Assembly: GCA_040437565.1 (NCBI GenBank)
Contig: JBDOQK010000016.1
Coordinates: 372,001-436,000, forward strand
Length of the DNA stretch: 64,000 nucleotides
DNA from: Albugo candida
Lineage: Eukaryota
Direction: 5' to 3'
Shown here: piece by piece, positions 22,850-33,987 of the stretch
Layout of the letters: each line of letters opens with the position of its first letter
Position numbering within the stretch: position 1 is the first letter of the stretch
Notes under the pieces: generated by a model
What the model saw: the letters and a program-made list of their open reading frames with translations, nothing else
What the model was told of the DNA's origin: nothing
Databases searched by the model: none
Program-made: the position numbers and the translations under genes

Positions 22850-24180
22850 TCAAGTTCCCAAGCATCGACTTAGCTGGCTTCTTCCACGGATCGAATCGTT
22901 ACCGGATCGCTACTTTAGCCTTGGGCCTCTGTCTGCTGCTTATAGATATTGATTTGCCCACGCATCACATGATCATTTTCGAACTCATCCAAAAGGTCTC
23001 ATACTTCATCGTATCATCAGGAACTCGATTGTTCTTCTGACCTGGAAGCTCAGAATGAATTTCCTTCAGTTGTTGGAGTTTCCAATACCCCTTTTAGAAT
23101 TTTTTCCGCACGAGCACAACATCTGGAAGTGTGATTTTGAGTTCCTCGAGCGGCTTAATATCATTGTCATTTAACACAGAGCTTGTGAGGTCGTAGCAGA
23201 GAGCAGTGTCTCCAACATGAAGCACGTTTCCACGTTAAAATCACATTCTCGAGCGACTTCGACTTCGACTAAGCGCGTCTTCTTATTCACATGATACGCC
23301 TTACTATCCCCTTCAGCTCGAATGCATGGGTTGATATCCAGAACTGTCTACTCCTTGAGAACTTTGACTGACCGAACGCCTTGGAAGGGATGACGCCAAT
23401 ACTTTCCACCGTCAATTTCCGCCCTATAAAGAGTTTGAGATCAAGCTTTGATTAAGAACAAGCTTCTTACATTTGCAATGTGAACGGGTCCACCACGTGG
23501 ATGGAAGAGGATAATGAAGTCACACCAAGCACAGATTGTGTACATTACCGAGACTTCGAGCCAGCTTTATCGGAAGTGCAACCAGATCATCTATACAGAC
23601 AGGAGCTATTTCGACCGAGTACGTGAATTTGTAATTGTGTGTGCTGCTATAATTATCCGCCGAAACAAGTTTCTTAGCTGTTTTGAGCCTGGTACACGTA
23701 TCGAGATCAGTACAAGGGATTCGGCGTTCAAAGAACGTACTTGAGCGGAACACATTCTNNNNNNNNNNNNNNNNNNNNNNNNNNNNNNNNNNNNNNNNNN
23801 NNNNNNNNNNNNNNNNNNNNNNNNNNNNNNNNNNNNNNNNNNNNNNNNNNNNNNNNNNTCTTTTGAATGAGCTTCAGTCCATATCCCCATCCACCATTTT
23901 CACGTGTTGTAAACCACTGATTTTCTTTAGACACAAGCAAGCAGCTCTTTGGACTCCAATTCTGCTGCAATCCACGGAGGTCGTTGCCATCTGAAATGAA
24001 GGATGCGTATTAGCGTATAGCGTGTGATATTAAATATGAAGGTTGCAAACTTGAGGCATCCACGACATTGCTGTATGATGTATTCTTTAGGTATTTTCTC
24101 ACTGATGTCCGCCTCAATTTCAAGCATGTAGAGCTAATATTGGCGGCACTTGCTTGGATTGCTGTCGAGCATATGCAACA
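22850..24180 (-). pseudogene. NMD3: NMD3 60S ribosomal export adaptor, degenerate copy
   Basis: DISEKIPKEYIIQQCRGC; IWTEAHSK; NYKFTYSVEIAPVCIDDLVALP; LPDVVLVRK...WKL; INIYK. Multiple stops and frameshifts; gap at 23759-23858. Confidence 0.8.
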
Positions 24181-24744
24181 AAGAGTATATAGACAACGAA
24201 TTAGATCTATTTGAGCATTCCAGACTTCATAAACGCTCACATTGTCGGCAAGTGATCCGTCAAATTCCTTCCAAAAGAAGGTTGGATAAGTTGTAATTAT
24301 TCCGTCGAAGCAGTTGTCCAATTTGCAGGAATCCATGTAGAGTAGCTTAGAAAACGTATACTTTATTATTCTAAAATCCACGTCACTAAAAATAAGATAA
24401 CAGAACTATCCAGCCATATTACTTTGTGTTTCTGACATCAAACCATTTGCGAAATATGAAGACACGTTGTTTAAGCAGCTATCTGTTCTGCTTTGCCGTA
24501 TTCTTCACAAGTTTGTTGTCATAGGAGCCGAAGACACTTCAAATTTAGTGCACTCTGGAAATTGATCTAAAGTAGAATCATCCTTTCCGTATATAATATT
24601 CATTACCCAGAGCTTTAATCCAGAAAAATGGTGGTGAATAATGTAATAATCAAATTATGATCATCTAGAATTGTAGATCTAAACCACTCAATAGTAGTCA
24701 TTGGGTGGCTAAAGCTCTGATCGAGTAGCTACGGATAATTGGCA

Positions 24745-25946
24745 ATGAGTTTCGAAAAAAAAGAGAATTCAGGAACAAGTGTGGAGAAGCACAGTCTTAT
24801 GGATGAAGTAAATCCTTCCGATGAGTTTATTCATTTGCAGTGTCGTTTCTATGAACAAAAGTATCCAGAAGTGGACGAATTAGTTATGGTCAACGTTCGA
24901 TCCATTGCGGAAATGGGGGCTTATGTATCGCTATTGGAGTACAACAACATCGAAGGAATGATTTTACTTTCAGAGCTGTCTCGACGTCGTATCCGATCTA
25001 TTAACAAATTGATTCGCGTCGGTAAAAATGAAGTCGTGATGGTTTTGAGAGTTGACAAAGAAAAAGGATACATTGATTTATCAAAGCGCCGTGTGTCACC
25101 TGAAGATATTTTCAAATGCGAAGAACGATACAATAAAGCAAAAACTGTGCACGGGTGACTTCTTCGTGGTATCCATATCGTTAGTATTTCTAACTGCTGT
25201 TTTCTTCCAAGTGTTCTTCGTCAGCTAGCAGTGGATACCTCCTTGAGTATCGAAGAATTATACGAGAAAATTGCATGGCCACTGTACAAAAAATACAAAA
25301 TTGAAAGTCAAAATGAGGACGAAAAAAAGGTAATTGATAATTTAGACAACGGCAAGTTGCCTTTTAACAAGCTATTATTCTTACAGACTGAATACCTACA
25401 TTGCTACGACGTCTTCAAAAAAGGTGTTTCGGATGATTCCGTGTTTGAGGGTCTCGATATGACCAGTGAGATGCGAACGTCACTCAAGTCTCATATTCGA
25501 AGGCGACTCACTCCACAACCGATCAAATTTAGAGCGGACGTTGAGGTACAGTGAACAAACTATGTGTCAGAAGCATGCATGTTGACAATATGTGTCTTGA
25601 ACAGGTGACTTGCTTTACATACGAAGGCATTGAGGCGATCCGTTCTGCACTGAAAGCCGGTCAGGATGTCGGAACGGAAGACGTGCCTATCAAAGTGAAG
25701 TTGATTGCCCCACCAATGTATGTGATAACGACAAGCACGCTGGACAAACAAAAAGGAATTCAGCAATTGCACGTGGCTATCGATGCAGTAAGAGAGCACA
25801 TTCAATCGAGAAAAGGTTCTTTAACGGTCAAAATGGAGCCAAGGATCGTAAGCGCCAATGAAGAAAAAGAATTTCTTCAAATGATTGAGAAATTAGAGAT
25901 TGAAAACCGTCAAGTTGACGGTGATGCAGCCGAAGATGACGATTAA
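24745..25946 (+). CDS. eIF2A (SUI2): Eukaryotic translation initiation factor 2 alpha, spliced
   Basis: [19 protein letters not shown]...[43 protein letters not shown]. Confidence 0.97.
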
Positions 25947-26462
25947 CGCTTTTTTTCTAATAAACACGAATGTTGCGAGTATATACCGAACATTTATTTC
26001 AAGCGTCATAAATTACGTCCACTCCACGCGGTACTTAGTCTTATACGTACGACCGTCGTCTTCTAATTTTTCACGCTCTTTCCATGCCACAAAGCTGAAA
26101 TTAGCGCATAAGTGCAGTATCAAACCTACCCACACACTGCCTTTCCTCTCCATTACCCAATCACTTGTCTCAATGCACATTTTCTCTGAAAAGAAAGGTG
26201 CTTATGATATGAATCGTATGATGTGGGAATAGCAGCCCTACCCATCACAACCTTTACACACTCGCTTTGAGAGTCAGCCTCTATGATTACTTAATGAAAT
26301 AGAGATCGACAAAAATGCAGCTGGTAAGCTCTCTGTCACTATTCACAACACATTACTTTACTTTCCAATTTACTAGTTGCAAGTAGCTAGCTTCACTAAT
26401 TGTGCCCTTCCGATTGACCATTAAAACATATCACACAACTTAGTGCTAGAAAACAGGAAAGT

Positions 26463-28450
26463 ATGGAAGAACCATCGGCTCAGCACCCAAACGAACAGTA
26501 TGGCGAGCTACAGACACCATTGTACTCATTCAGCCGAGTTAATCAAGATCCTTCCGACAGCATGAGAAGCTCGGTAGCTACAGGAGGCTTGACATCCGAT
26601 AGAGTGAGAATTGGAAACGATGCTTCTATACGTGGATCCTTGGTTGATCGTGGAATAGAGGCATACGTTCCCACCGAACCAATTTCGGAAAAAGCTAGAG
26701 ATTACAAAGGACGTATACGAACTTGGCCCGGTTTACTACTACTTTTTCTATTACTTGTGGGTTCAGCAACCGCCGTGACATACTTTGCGATACAAACACG
26801 CGATTCGAGAGAAGCACAGGCAGAAAAAGCCGCCAAGTACGCATTTGAGGAGGCACAGATTCTTGGAGGAAAAGGTGGTCGTGGAGATGAATTGATCGCT
26901 GATGACGGTATCATTGGAAACCCGAAAAAATATCCACCAAGCAGTAAGTGTTCATCTCCATGCTGTTGTGCTGTTTGCATAGCTCATAACATTCTGTAGC
27001 CTGCTACCTACCAAATTATTTGAGTAAGAATGGAAAATTGTATTCCGTCGCACCGAATGGAACAGAAGTTGAATTCGTGATCAAAGGTGTCACCTGGTAT
27101 GTCTCTCAAGCAAGCATAATCGCTATATCTACTGACTTTATATCAATGCTTTCCTTACAATAGGACTGGGATGGAATCGTACGTGGCTCTATTGATTGTC
27201 TCATCTTGAGCCAACAGCTTACTTTGGTTCTAATATTTAGCTCCCAATACATATTACTGGGTCTATGGGAAAACCTTGTAAATGGAACGTCTGCGGTAAG
27301 TCGATTGGTGGTATTGATCATTTACAAGTTAATAACGCTGTTATGTTAGTATCAAATAGCGTCTTTTTTGTCCAATAATAATTTCAATGCGGTCCGAATA
27401 CCGCTTATGGCGCGCGCAATTCTCAAAAACTCGAGACCCAATGCAGATTTGATCAACAGACAAGAGAATCGTGCTATCGCAATCGGAAATTATATGGCAT
27501 TCCTGAAGAGTATAATCGCTGTACTGCAATTTCGAAAGATTGGGGTCGTTCTGAGTATGCAAACGCTCTCACCGACTGATGCTGGAGGTCTTTGGTATAA
27601 TGCACAAGTACCAGAGGAAGATTTCTTACTTGCAATTGACAAATTAACTGCGACTTTATGCTCATATAAGTATTGGAATGTGATTGGAATCGATTTGACG
27701 AATGAGCCTCACAAAGCAACTTGGGGAGATGGTTCCCCAACAGATTTTAACGTTGGAGCTAGAAAGATTGCTGCACGAATGCTGGATGGATGTCCTAATT
27801 GGATTGGGCTAGTGCAAGGCATATCCGGTCGACAGACTGTCGAGGTGCAAGGAAAGGCGATCAATTTTACAGATTGGTATGGTGGTGGCTTACAAGGCGT
27901 ACGAAGCACTGGTATGAAATTCGACATAGCCAATAAGGTCGTCTACGCCCCTCATTTCAATTCTCCTTCCGTCTACCCGCAATCGATATTTTATGCAAAC
28001 GGTACTTGGGACGAAGCCACAGGTAAACTTGCAGGCTATGTCGAGCTCAACGACGCGTCTTTACAACTCCGTACATCAGCGATGATGAATAATATGTTTG
28101 GATTTTTAAGCAGTACAACAGGTCCAGCAATCTTAATGGGGCAATTTAGTGGATTATACGGCCTAGATGCTCATCCTCAGAAGACATCTAAGCGGGTACT
28201 CGACCAAATTATCAGCACTGTGACACAACCTGGTTGGGCCGGTGGATTCGTGATGGCTCTTAACCCCGAGACATCATTTCAGTATAATCCTGCCGACACT
28301 GTGGGCAAGTTCGCGGAAGGTGTTCTCTCTGATGACTGGCTGAGTGCCAATAAAGCGTATTTGGCTGCATTAGGAAAGATGGACAAAATGGAAAATCTGC
28401 GAAAATTGCCGTGTTTTAAGCGCCCAGCACGAGCAAAAGGCTCCAAGTAA
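26463..28450 (+). CDS. Membrane-anchored GH5 cellulase/endoglucanase-like protein, spliced, catalytic nucleophile replaced
   Basis: Internal TM (WPGLLLLFLLLVG); FNAVRIP; IDLTNEPH; VVYAPH; LNPE. The expected GEF motif reads GQF. Confidence 0.85.
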
Positions 28451-29094
28451 TCCAATTTTCCGTAAAAATGCACTTTTGACAAAAAGTTGCATACCTCTGT
28501 GTCGTTTGCATTTCTTTCATTAGCTATAAAAAATACTTTGAAAAAAAAGTTTACGACAGTCTGCAATCATTCCACTCTACCAAAACTCAAGAATATTGCC
28601 AAAATAGCGGCAATGATACTAATCGCAAGAAAGGTGGCACTGTTTTCGCGTTTGATAGATTGAGCAATGACANNNNNNNNNNNNNNNNNNNNNNNNNNNN
28701 NNNNNNNNNNNNNNNNNNNNNNNNNNNNNNNNNNNNNNNNNNNNNNNNNNNNNNNNNNNNNNNNNNNNNNNNTAAAGCGTATTTGGCTGCATTAGGAAAG
28801 ATGGACAAAATGGAAAATCTGCGAAAATTGCCGTGTTTTAAGCGCCCAGCACGAGCAAAAGGCTCCAAGTAATCCAATTTTCCGTAAAAATGCACTTTTG
28901 ACAAAAAGTTGCATACCTCTGTGTCGTTTGCATTTCTTTCATTAGCTATAAAAAATACTTTGAAAAAAAAGTTTACGACAGTCTACAATCATTCCACTCT
29001 ACCAAAACTCAAGAATATTGCCAAAATAGCGGCAATGATACTAATCGCAAGAAAGGTGGCACTGTTTTCGCGTTTGATAGATTGAGCAATGACA
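28351..29094. repeat. Assembly-overlap duplication across N-gap (28351-28672 = 28773-29094)
   Basis: Identical flanks except G/A at 28563/28985. Confidence 0.9.
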
Positions 29095-29462
29095 CTGGTG
29101 GTTGATGCTGATGAAGAGCTTTTGACCACTTTGACGTCATTTTTCACTTTGCCGACTAGAAATTCTTGTAGCTGTCGACGTGCGTCGCTAGAGTGTCCTA
29201 TATCCTCAAACTCTTCATTCGCATCCTTTCCAGCCATTTCGAGAATAGTTTCGGGACCACCAGGATGATCATCCAAAAACATAGTACAATCATACACTTT
29301 GCGTTCTCCTTGGGGGCCGATAATCAGCCAGCAGTCTTGAGCAGTGTTGTGTAGTTTGACTTCCTCTTCTGTGAATTCCTTCAGACACAAATCCGCCTTG
29401 GAAGCGTCATTTTCTTGTAATAATGAATCATTCTCCTGATCGTTATTTAACGTGGTTGACAT
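28989..29462 (-). CDS. CYB5: Cytochrome b5, tail-anchored
   Basis: HNTAQDCWLII..KVYD...FLDDHPGG...FEDIGHS; C-terminal TM helix. Confidence 0.95.
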   Translation of the reverse strand: MSTTLNNDQENDSLLQENDASKADLCLKEFTEEEVKLHNTAQDCWLIIGPQGERKVYDCTMFLDDHPGGPETILEMAGKDANEEFEDIGHSSDARRQLQEFLVGKVKNDVKVVKSSSSASTTSVIAQSIKRENSATFLAISIIAAILAIFLSFGRVE

Positions 29463-29667
29463 GCTTCTGAAAAATGAATGGTGCGAAACATTTGGTGTGT
29501 CATCACAACATAAATTTGCCGACTAAAAATGGATAATTGAGTCCTATTTTCATGCTTTATGATACTGAGTCGTTACCGCTTCTATATAGAGATAAGTAGA
29601 TGATAATCCAATAAAATGCTCATTTTATCAAGCACTGGGTAATCGCTACTCGTTTTATCTTCCTGAA

Positions 29668-31476
29668 ATGGTCAATTCTTTAATGCTGCAGAGTCCTGCA
29701 AATGTGCCTATGATTTTTCGACGACATGGAAGTACCACACCAAAGCCGTTATCTCACGTTTTGGGCTCAAAATCGACTCCAAATTCGTATTACGTTCACA
29801 GATTACGGGAAAGTGGAGAACATCAACTTTCTACACTTGATGTGCCTTCGATGCAACTCGCTACAAAATCTCGCAATTTGAGTGGAGTTTTACGCTTTGG
29901 GGCTTATTTTTTGGAAACAGTTCATGAGAGTAATATGGAGAATTATCGTGTGCGTGTATGCGAAATTCTGTTCTATTTGGATGATCAAACAGTACAAATC
30001 TTGGAACCAAAAGTTGAGAATAGTGGATTGGTCCAAGGGAATTTTGTAAAACGTCATCAGATTCCTATACCAATTGGAGACACAGAGGCTGAACATGGTG
30101 TGTCCATTTTGACATTTCGCCATTTCATTGTAGGGAAAGAGATTACAATTTATGGCCGAAGGTTCCGACTGATTTCAGCCGATAGCTCCACACGCAAATT
30201 TCTGGAATCTCAAGGTATCGATGTCGCTCCAGACGACTCGGCTCCTCGGGATGCTTACACAGAAGCTCGTAAAGCTCATATGGCTCGTGAAACAGGTCAA
30301 GATATGACAGCTAATTACGGGAAGCAACAGTATCCGATGAAAGAATATATGGAAGTCCGTTTAGGAAAATTTGCGCGTCCAAGCGAGCATTTACGTCAGT
30401 TCCTCGATCACGATCGTCACGTCTTGCGATTTTATGCACTGTGGGATGATTCTGATAAATTATACGGAAGAGAACATCGTTATACGATACACTTTTTCCT
30501 CGCTGACAATACAATTGAGATTCTGGAGTCGTATGAGCGGAATTCAGGCTGTGATCCGTTCCCAAAACTATTGAATCGAACCAAATTATCACGTGACTCA
30601 ACAAAGCAATTGCCAAATATTTTATTGGAACAGCAAGTCAGCGAAATCACTGGGAAACACATTGATACATTGTACACGTGGCAGGATTTTGCAGTCGGGA
30701 AATATATCTCTGTGTACCAACGAGACATTCTCCTTCTCGACGCCGATGAGAACACTCGAAAATGGTATGCGGACAGAAATGAGCCATTAGATCCGGCGAT
30801 CATCGTACCGGCATGCGAGACTCGGGAGTCAAAAGACAAAATGGAGAAAAAATCAGCCGAGTCGAAATCTGCATATCGACGGAAATTCGATGCCAATAAT
30901 GAAATAGTGCTTCGATTTCGCGCGCATTTGGCTACCACAAAACCCGAAGACATTGACCGACGATTTATCATTTCGCTTACTCTATCGGACGAAAGCATTT
31001 CGATTACTGAGCCAATACAACGGAACGCCGGCTTTGTCGGAGGAAAGTTTTTGGAACGAACAAAAGTGAAAGACGCGGACGATTCGAATCGATTTTACGG
31101 CGCAGATGATTTTTATTTGGGTGCACGAATCAAAATTGTTGGGCAAATTTTCGTAATCGATGAAATGGACGATCATACTGCAAATTATATGGAAATTCAT
31201 GCAAATTCACATTTTCCACAATCCGATGCCAATAGAATTGTTTCGAGACTGCAGGCTGAGGCGGATGCGGGTCGGTTATCAAGCGAGATCTCACGCTATT
31301 GCCAGGCTGTAGACAGCAGTAATCGGAAGGTGAATGCGGTGCACGGGCAGTCATTGCTTCAAGCTTTTGTGGAGAACGTCTCATTACACGAAACAACAAC
31401 TTTAATTCGTGCTTTTGGCGATAAAGTATCGGGAACGATTGAAAGTGACAGACTGCTTGCTCTTCTTTCTCCATAA
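29668..31476 (+). CDS. EFHC1/RIB72-family axonemal microtubule inner protein (three DM10 domains)
   Basis: Three repeats of VLRF...F(Y)L.D.TI.I.E...NSG...G.F; degenerate EF-hand-like C-terminus. Confidence 0.9.
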   Translation: MVNSLMLQSPANVPMIFRRHGSTTPKPLSHVLGSKSTPNSYYVHRLRESGEHQLSTLDVPSMQLATKSRNLSGVLRFGAYFLETVHESNMENYRVRVCEILFYLDDQTVQILEPKVENSGLVQGNFVKRHQIPIPIGDTEAEHGVSILTFRHFIVGKEITIYGRRFRLISADSSTRKFLESQGIDVAPDDSAPRDAYTEARKAHMARETGQDMTANYGKQQYPMKEYMEVRLGKFARPSEHLRQFLDHDRHVLRFYALWDDSDKLYGREHRYTIHFFLADNTIEILESYERNSGCDPFPKLLNRTKLSRDSTKQLPNILLEQQVSEITGKHIDTLYTWQDFAVGKYISVYQRDILLLDADENTRKWYADRNEPLDPAIIVPACETRESKDKMEKKSAESKSAYRRKFDANNEIVLRFRAHLATTKPEDIDRRFIISLTLSDESISITEPIQRNAGFVGGKFLERTKVKDADDSNRFYGADDFYLGARIKIVGQIFVIDEMDDHTANYMEIHANSHFPQSDANRIVSRLQAEADAGRLSSEISRYCQAVDSSNRKVNAVHGQSLLQAFVENVSLHETTTLIRAFGDKVSGTIESDRLLALLSP

Positions 31477-31644
31477 ATATATCGGACGTTTTGTTTTTAG
31501 TAATTATTTTGTGGCGCATGGAAAATGCTGTCACAAAACAAAGGAACACTATAGAAAGAGTGTACAGAGCCACAGGTCAGATAACTATTTCACTGAGGTG
31601 CATGCAGATACACAAGCAAACTTGGTGATACAAAAGCGCAAAGT

Positions 31645-32834
31645 TTACGCGAGGGAGTGACGGGTTCGTCTCTTGCCAAGTGTTTTCTGATCGTGAGGCA
31701 ATGCAGTCATCCTATGCATATTTCCCTCCATCTGCTTCTGCTTCTGTTTCTCCTCTTCTTGCTTCTCGGCCAACGCCATCAGCTCATCGGCGATTGTTTT
31801 AAGCTCACGATTTTCTTGACGGAGTAATTTGTTCTCTTCCATCGCATGTTCCAACTCCATGCTCTGTTGCTTCAGTTGCGTTCTCAAATGGCTGTCTGCT
31901 TTCTCAAGTTGCTCATGCTTAGAACGAGCCACTGCTGTCTCCGTCTCAAGCATCTGGATCTTCTGTTTGATCGAATTTGTTTCGTCTTGAGCACATTGAC
32001 ATTGCTGTTCTAGTGTGGCACGTGCTTGTCCACACTGATCTAGTGCTTGACGGTATGTCTCGACTTGAGCTTGAAGTTCATCTATGCGCAGGTGACATCG
32101 TTGAGCTTCTGCTGCAGAATTCGATTTTTCCGTCTCCAAATCGGCTTTCAGTGTGTCACAGGTTTGCATAAGCTCAGTTGTCCGCTGTCGAATGTGAACT
32201 TCCTCTCGACGGTCAGATAGGAGAATTGTGTGTGTGAGAACCTTCTCGTTACGATGGTATTCCTCAAGTTTCATCATGCTGGATTTGATCTTTTCCTCGG
32301 CGCTCATGAGCTTTCGCTTTTGTACCAAAAGCTCTTTGACCAAAGATTCTCGTGTGCTTTTCTCAACCTCCAGAGCTGCCTAAGCGCCACATTCTTCAGA
32401 AGTTGAATGTTTTCATGTCGAGTGCAGAAGCTACGTACCACAACTTTGACGAGCTCGAGGCGATCCTGCATTCCATTTAAAGAGCGCTCATGTAAATCTA
32501 CGATTTTTGCATTACTTTTCTCTAAAATTTTATACTTTCCTTTCCAAATTTCATTTTCTCCTTTAAGAATCGATATCGCGTGCTCTAATTCGCAGACACG
32601 TCGCCTCAGACTATCACATTCACTCTCGAGATCGATTTGGCGCCTTGATTCTGATCGAGTTCCTTCTGTCCTTTGAACGCGTCCTTCTAGCTTGGTGTCG
32701 GGATCGTTTGAGCATTTTTGCATGGGCAAAGTGGAGACATTATTCTGACTATTGTGCGGCATGTTCAAAGGCTGTGAATTCGCTTCCGTGCTGGTTTTTT
32801 GTGATGAATTTGCATGCATTGAATCTTCACACAT
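31645..32834 (-). CDS. Coiled-coil protein, 2 exons
   Basis: Heptad-rich ORFs joined by an intron GTACGT (~32439) ... CTTAG (~32381). Confidence 0.7.
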
Positions 32835-33007
32835 TTGATGGAAATCAACTATTTTTTATTACAAAAGCAGCCTTGAATTTAAGACTTATTTAGATGCATA
32901 CACACGCACGAGTAAAATGCTTTGGCACAAACAAAGGCAAAACGATAAATCGCTATCGAAGATACAATTTCCATGACATAGTATCGATATCTACGAATAG
33001 ATCAAAC

Positions 33008-33673
33008 TCAAGCTTCACACGCTACAATGGCTCGATTGTCATTGACTTCGAACGCTGTCGGGTCTTCAGCTTTCTCTTCCAAAAGCATATCAAATGATGC
33101 AGCTGATACATGGCGCTGCTCAATCTGACGTGCGTAGATATTATTGGACATGAATCTCCCGAGTGTGAGCGAAAACAGTTCTTTCCCACGCATGCACCCA
33201 CTCCACCCGACTAATTCTTGTAAACAAACATTCAGGAAATTGTGTAATAACGCTGAACGAGTCGTAACATCCTGTCGACTGGGGACGAAAAATGTACGAC
33301 GAGGAAATTCCAAGCTTTCAAGTTTTGATAGAATACTCTGGCATTCCGTACACTTTTTTCCAATCGACTGTGATTCGTATCTGGGTGATGACAAGCAAAT
33401 TCTCATCGTCTTGAGCAGCCGCTTTCTTAACATATGGAAGCTCCGATAACGTTCCACACATCGAACGTGAAGCGCCAATTGCGGGCACTGTATCACCATT
33501 GCATACCGAATGTGTTTCTCGGTCGTTGGGCTCTTTACGAATAAAATGCCATCGAATTGAACCACTTCAGTCGTCAGCTGTGCATCATTACTCGTGCTCA
33601 CCTCTTCTTCCTTTTCAAATTCCGTTCTTATGAGCTCTTTATTGATCGGTTTATCTTCCTCTATTAAATCCAT
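33008..33673 (-). CDS. PX (phox homology)-like domain protein
   Basis: ERYRSFHMLRKRL...LEFPRR...RSALLHNFL. Confidence 0.65.
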   Translation of the reverse strand: MDLIEEDKPINKELIRTEFEKEEEVSTSNDAQLTTEVVQFDGILFVKSPTTEKHIRYAMVIQCPQLALHVRCVERYRSFHMLRKRLLKTMRICLSSPRYESQSIGKKCTECQSILSKLESLEFPRRTFFVPSRQDVTTRSALLHNFLNVCLQELVGWSGCMRGKELFSLTLGRFMSNNIYARQIEQRHVSAASFDMLLEEKAEDPTAFEVNDNRAIVACEA

Positions 33674-33987
33674 CGGAAGCCGTTGAATTGTGTGTAATCA
33701 ATTTATTTAGTTTGTATAAGTCGATTATGATGCAAGTTCTTTAAGCTCCATAGAGCACAGGTACGAAGTAGAAAGAATAAAGAGAAAATACATTTGACTC
33801 TAATCTGATTCTAGTAACTCTTGTATCCGTCTACGGTCACAAATAGGGGCGTCTATTATGTGATATGAGGTGCTATCTCACAAGCCGATGAGAAGAAGCA
33901 CATGCGATAACAAATTATGCTTTGGCGAATTTTGTGTACGACCACGTCATCGGTTAATTTCAGCCAATCATTCGCTACAATAAAATC

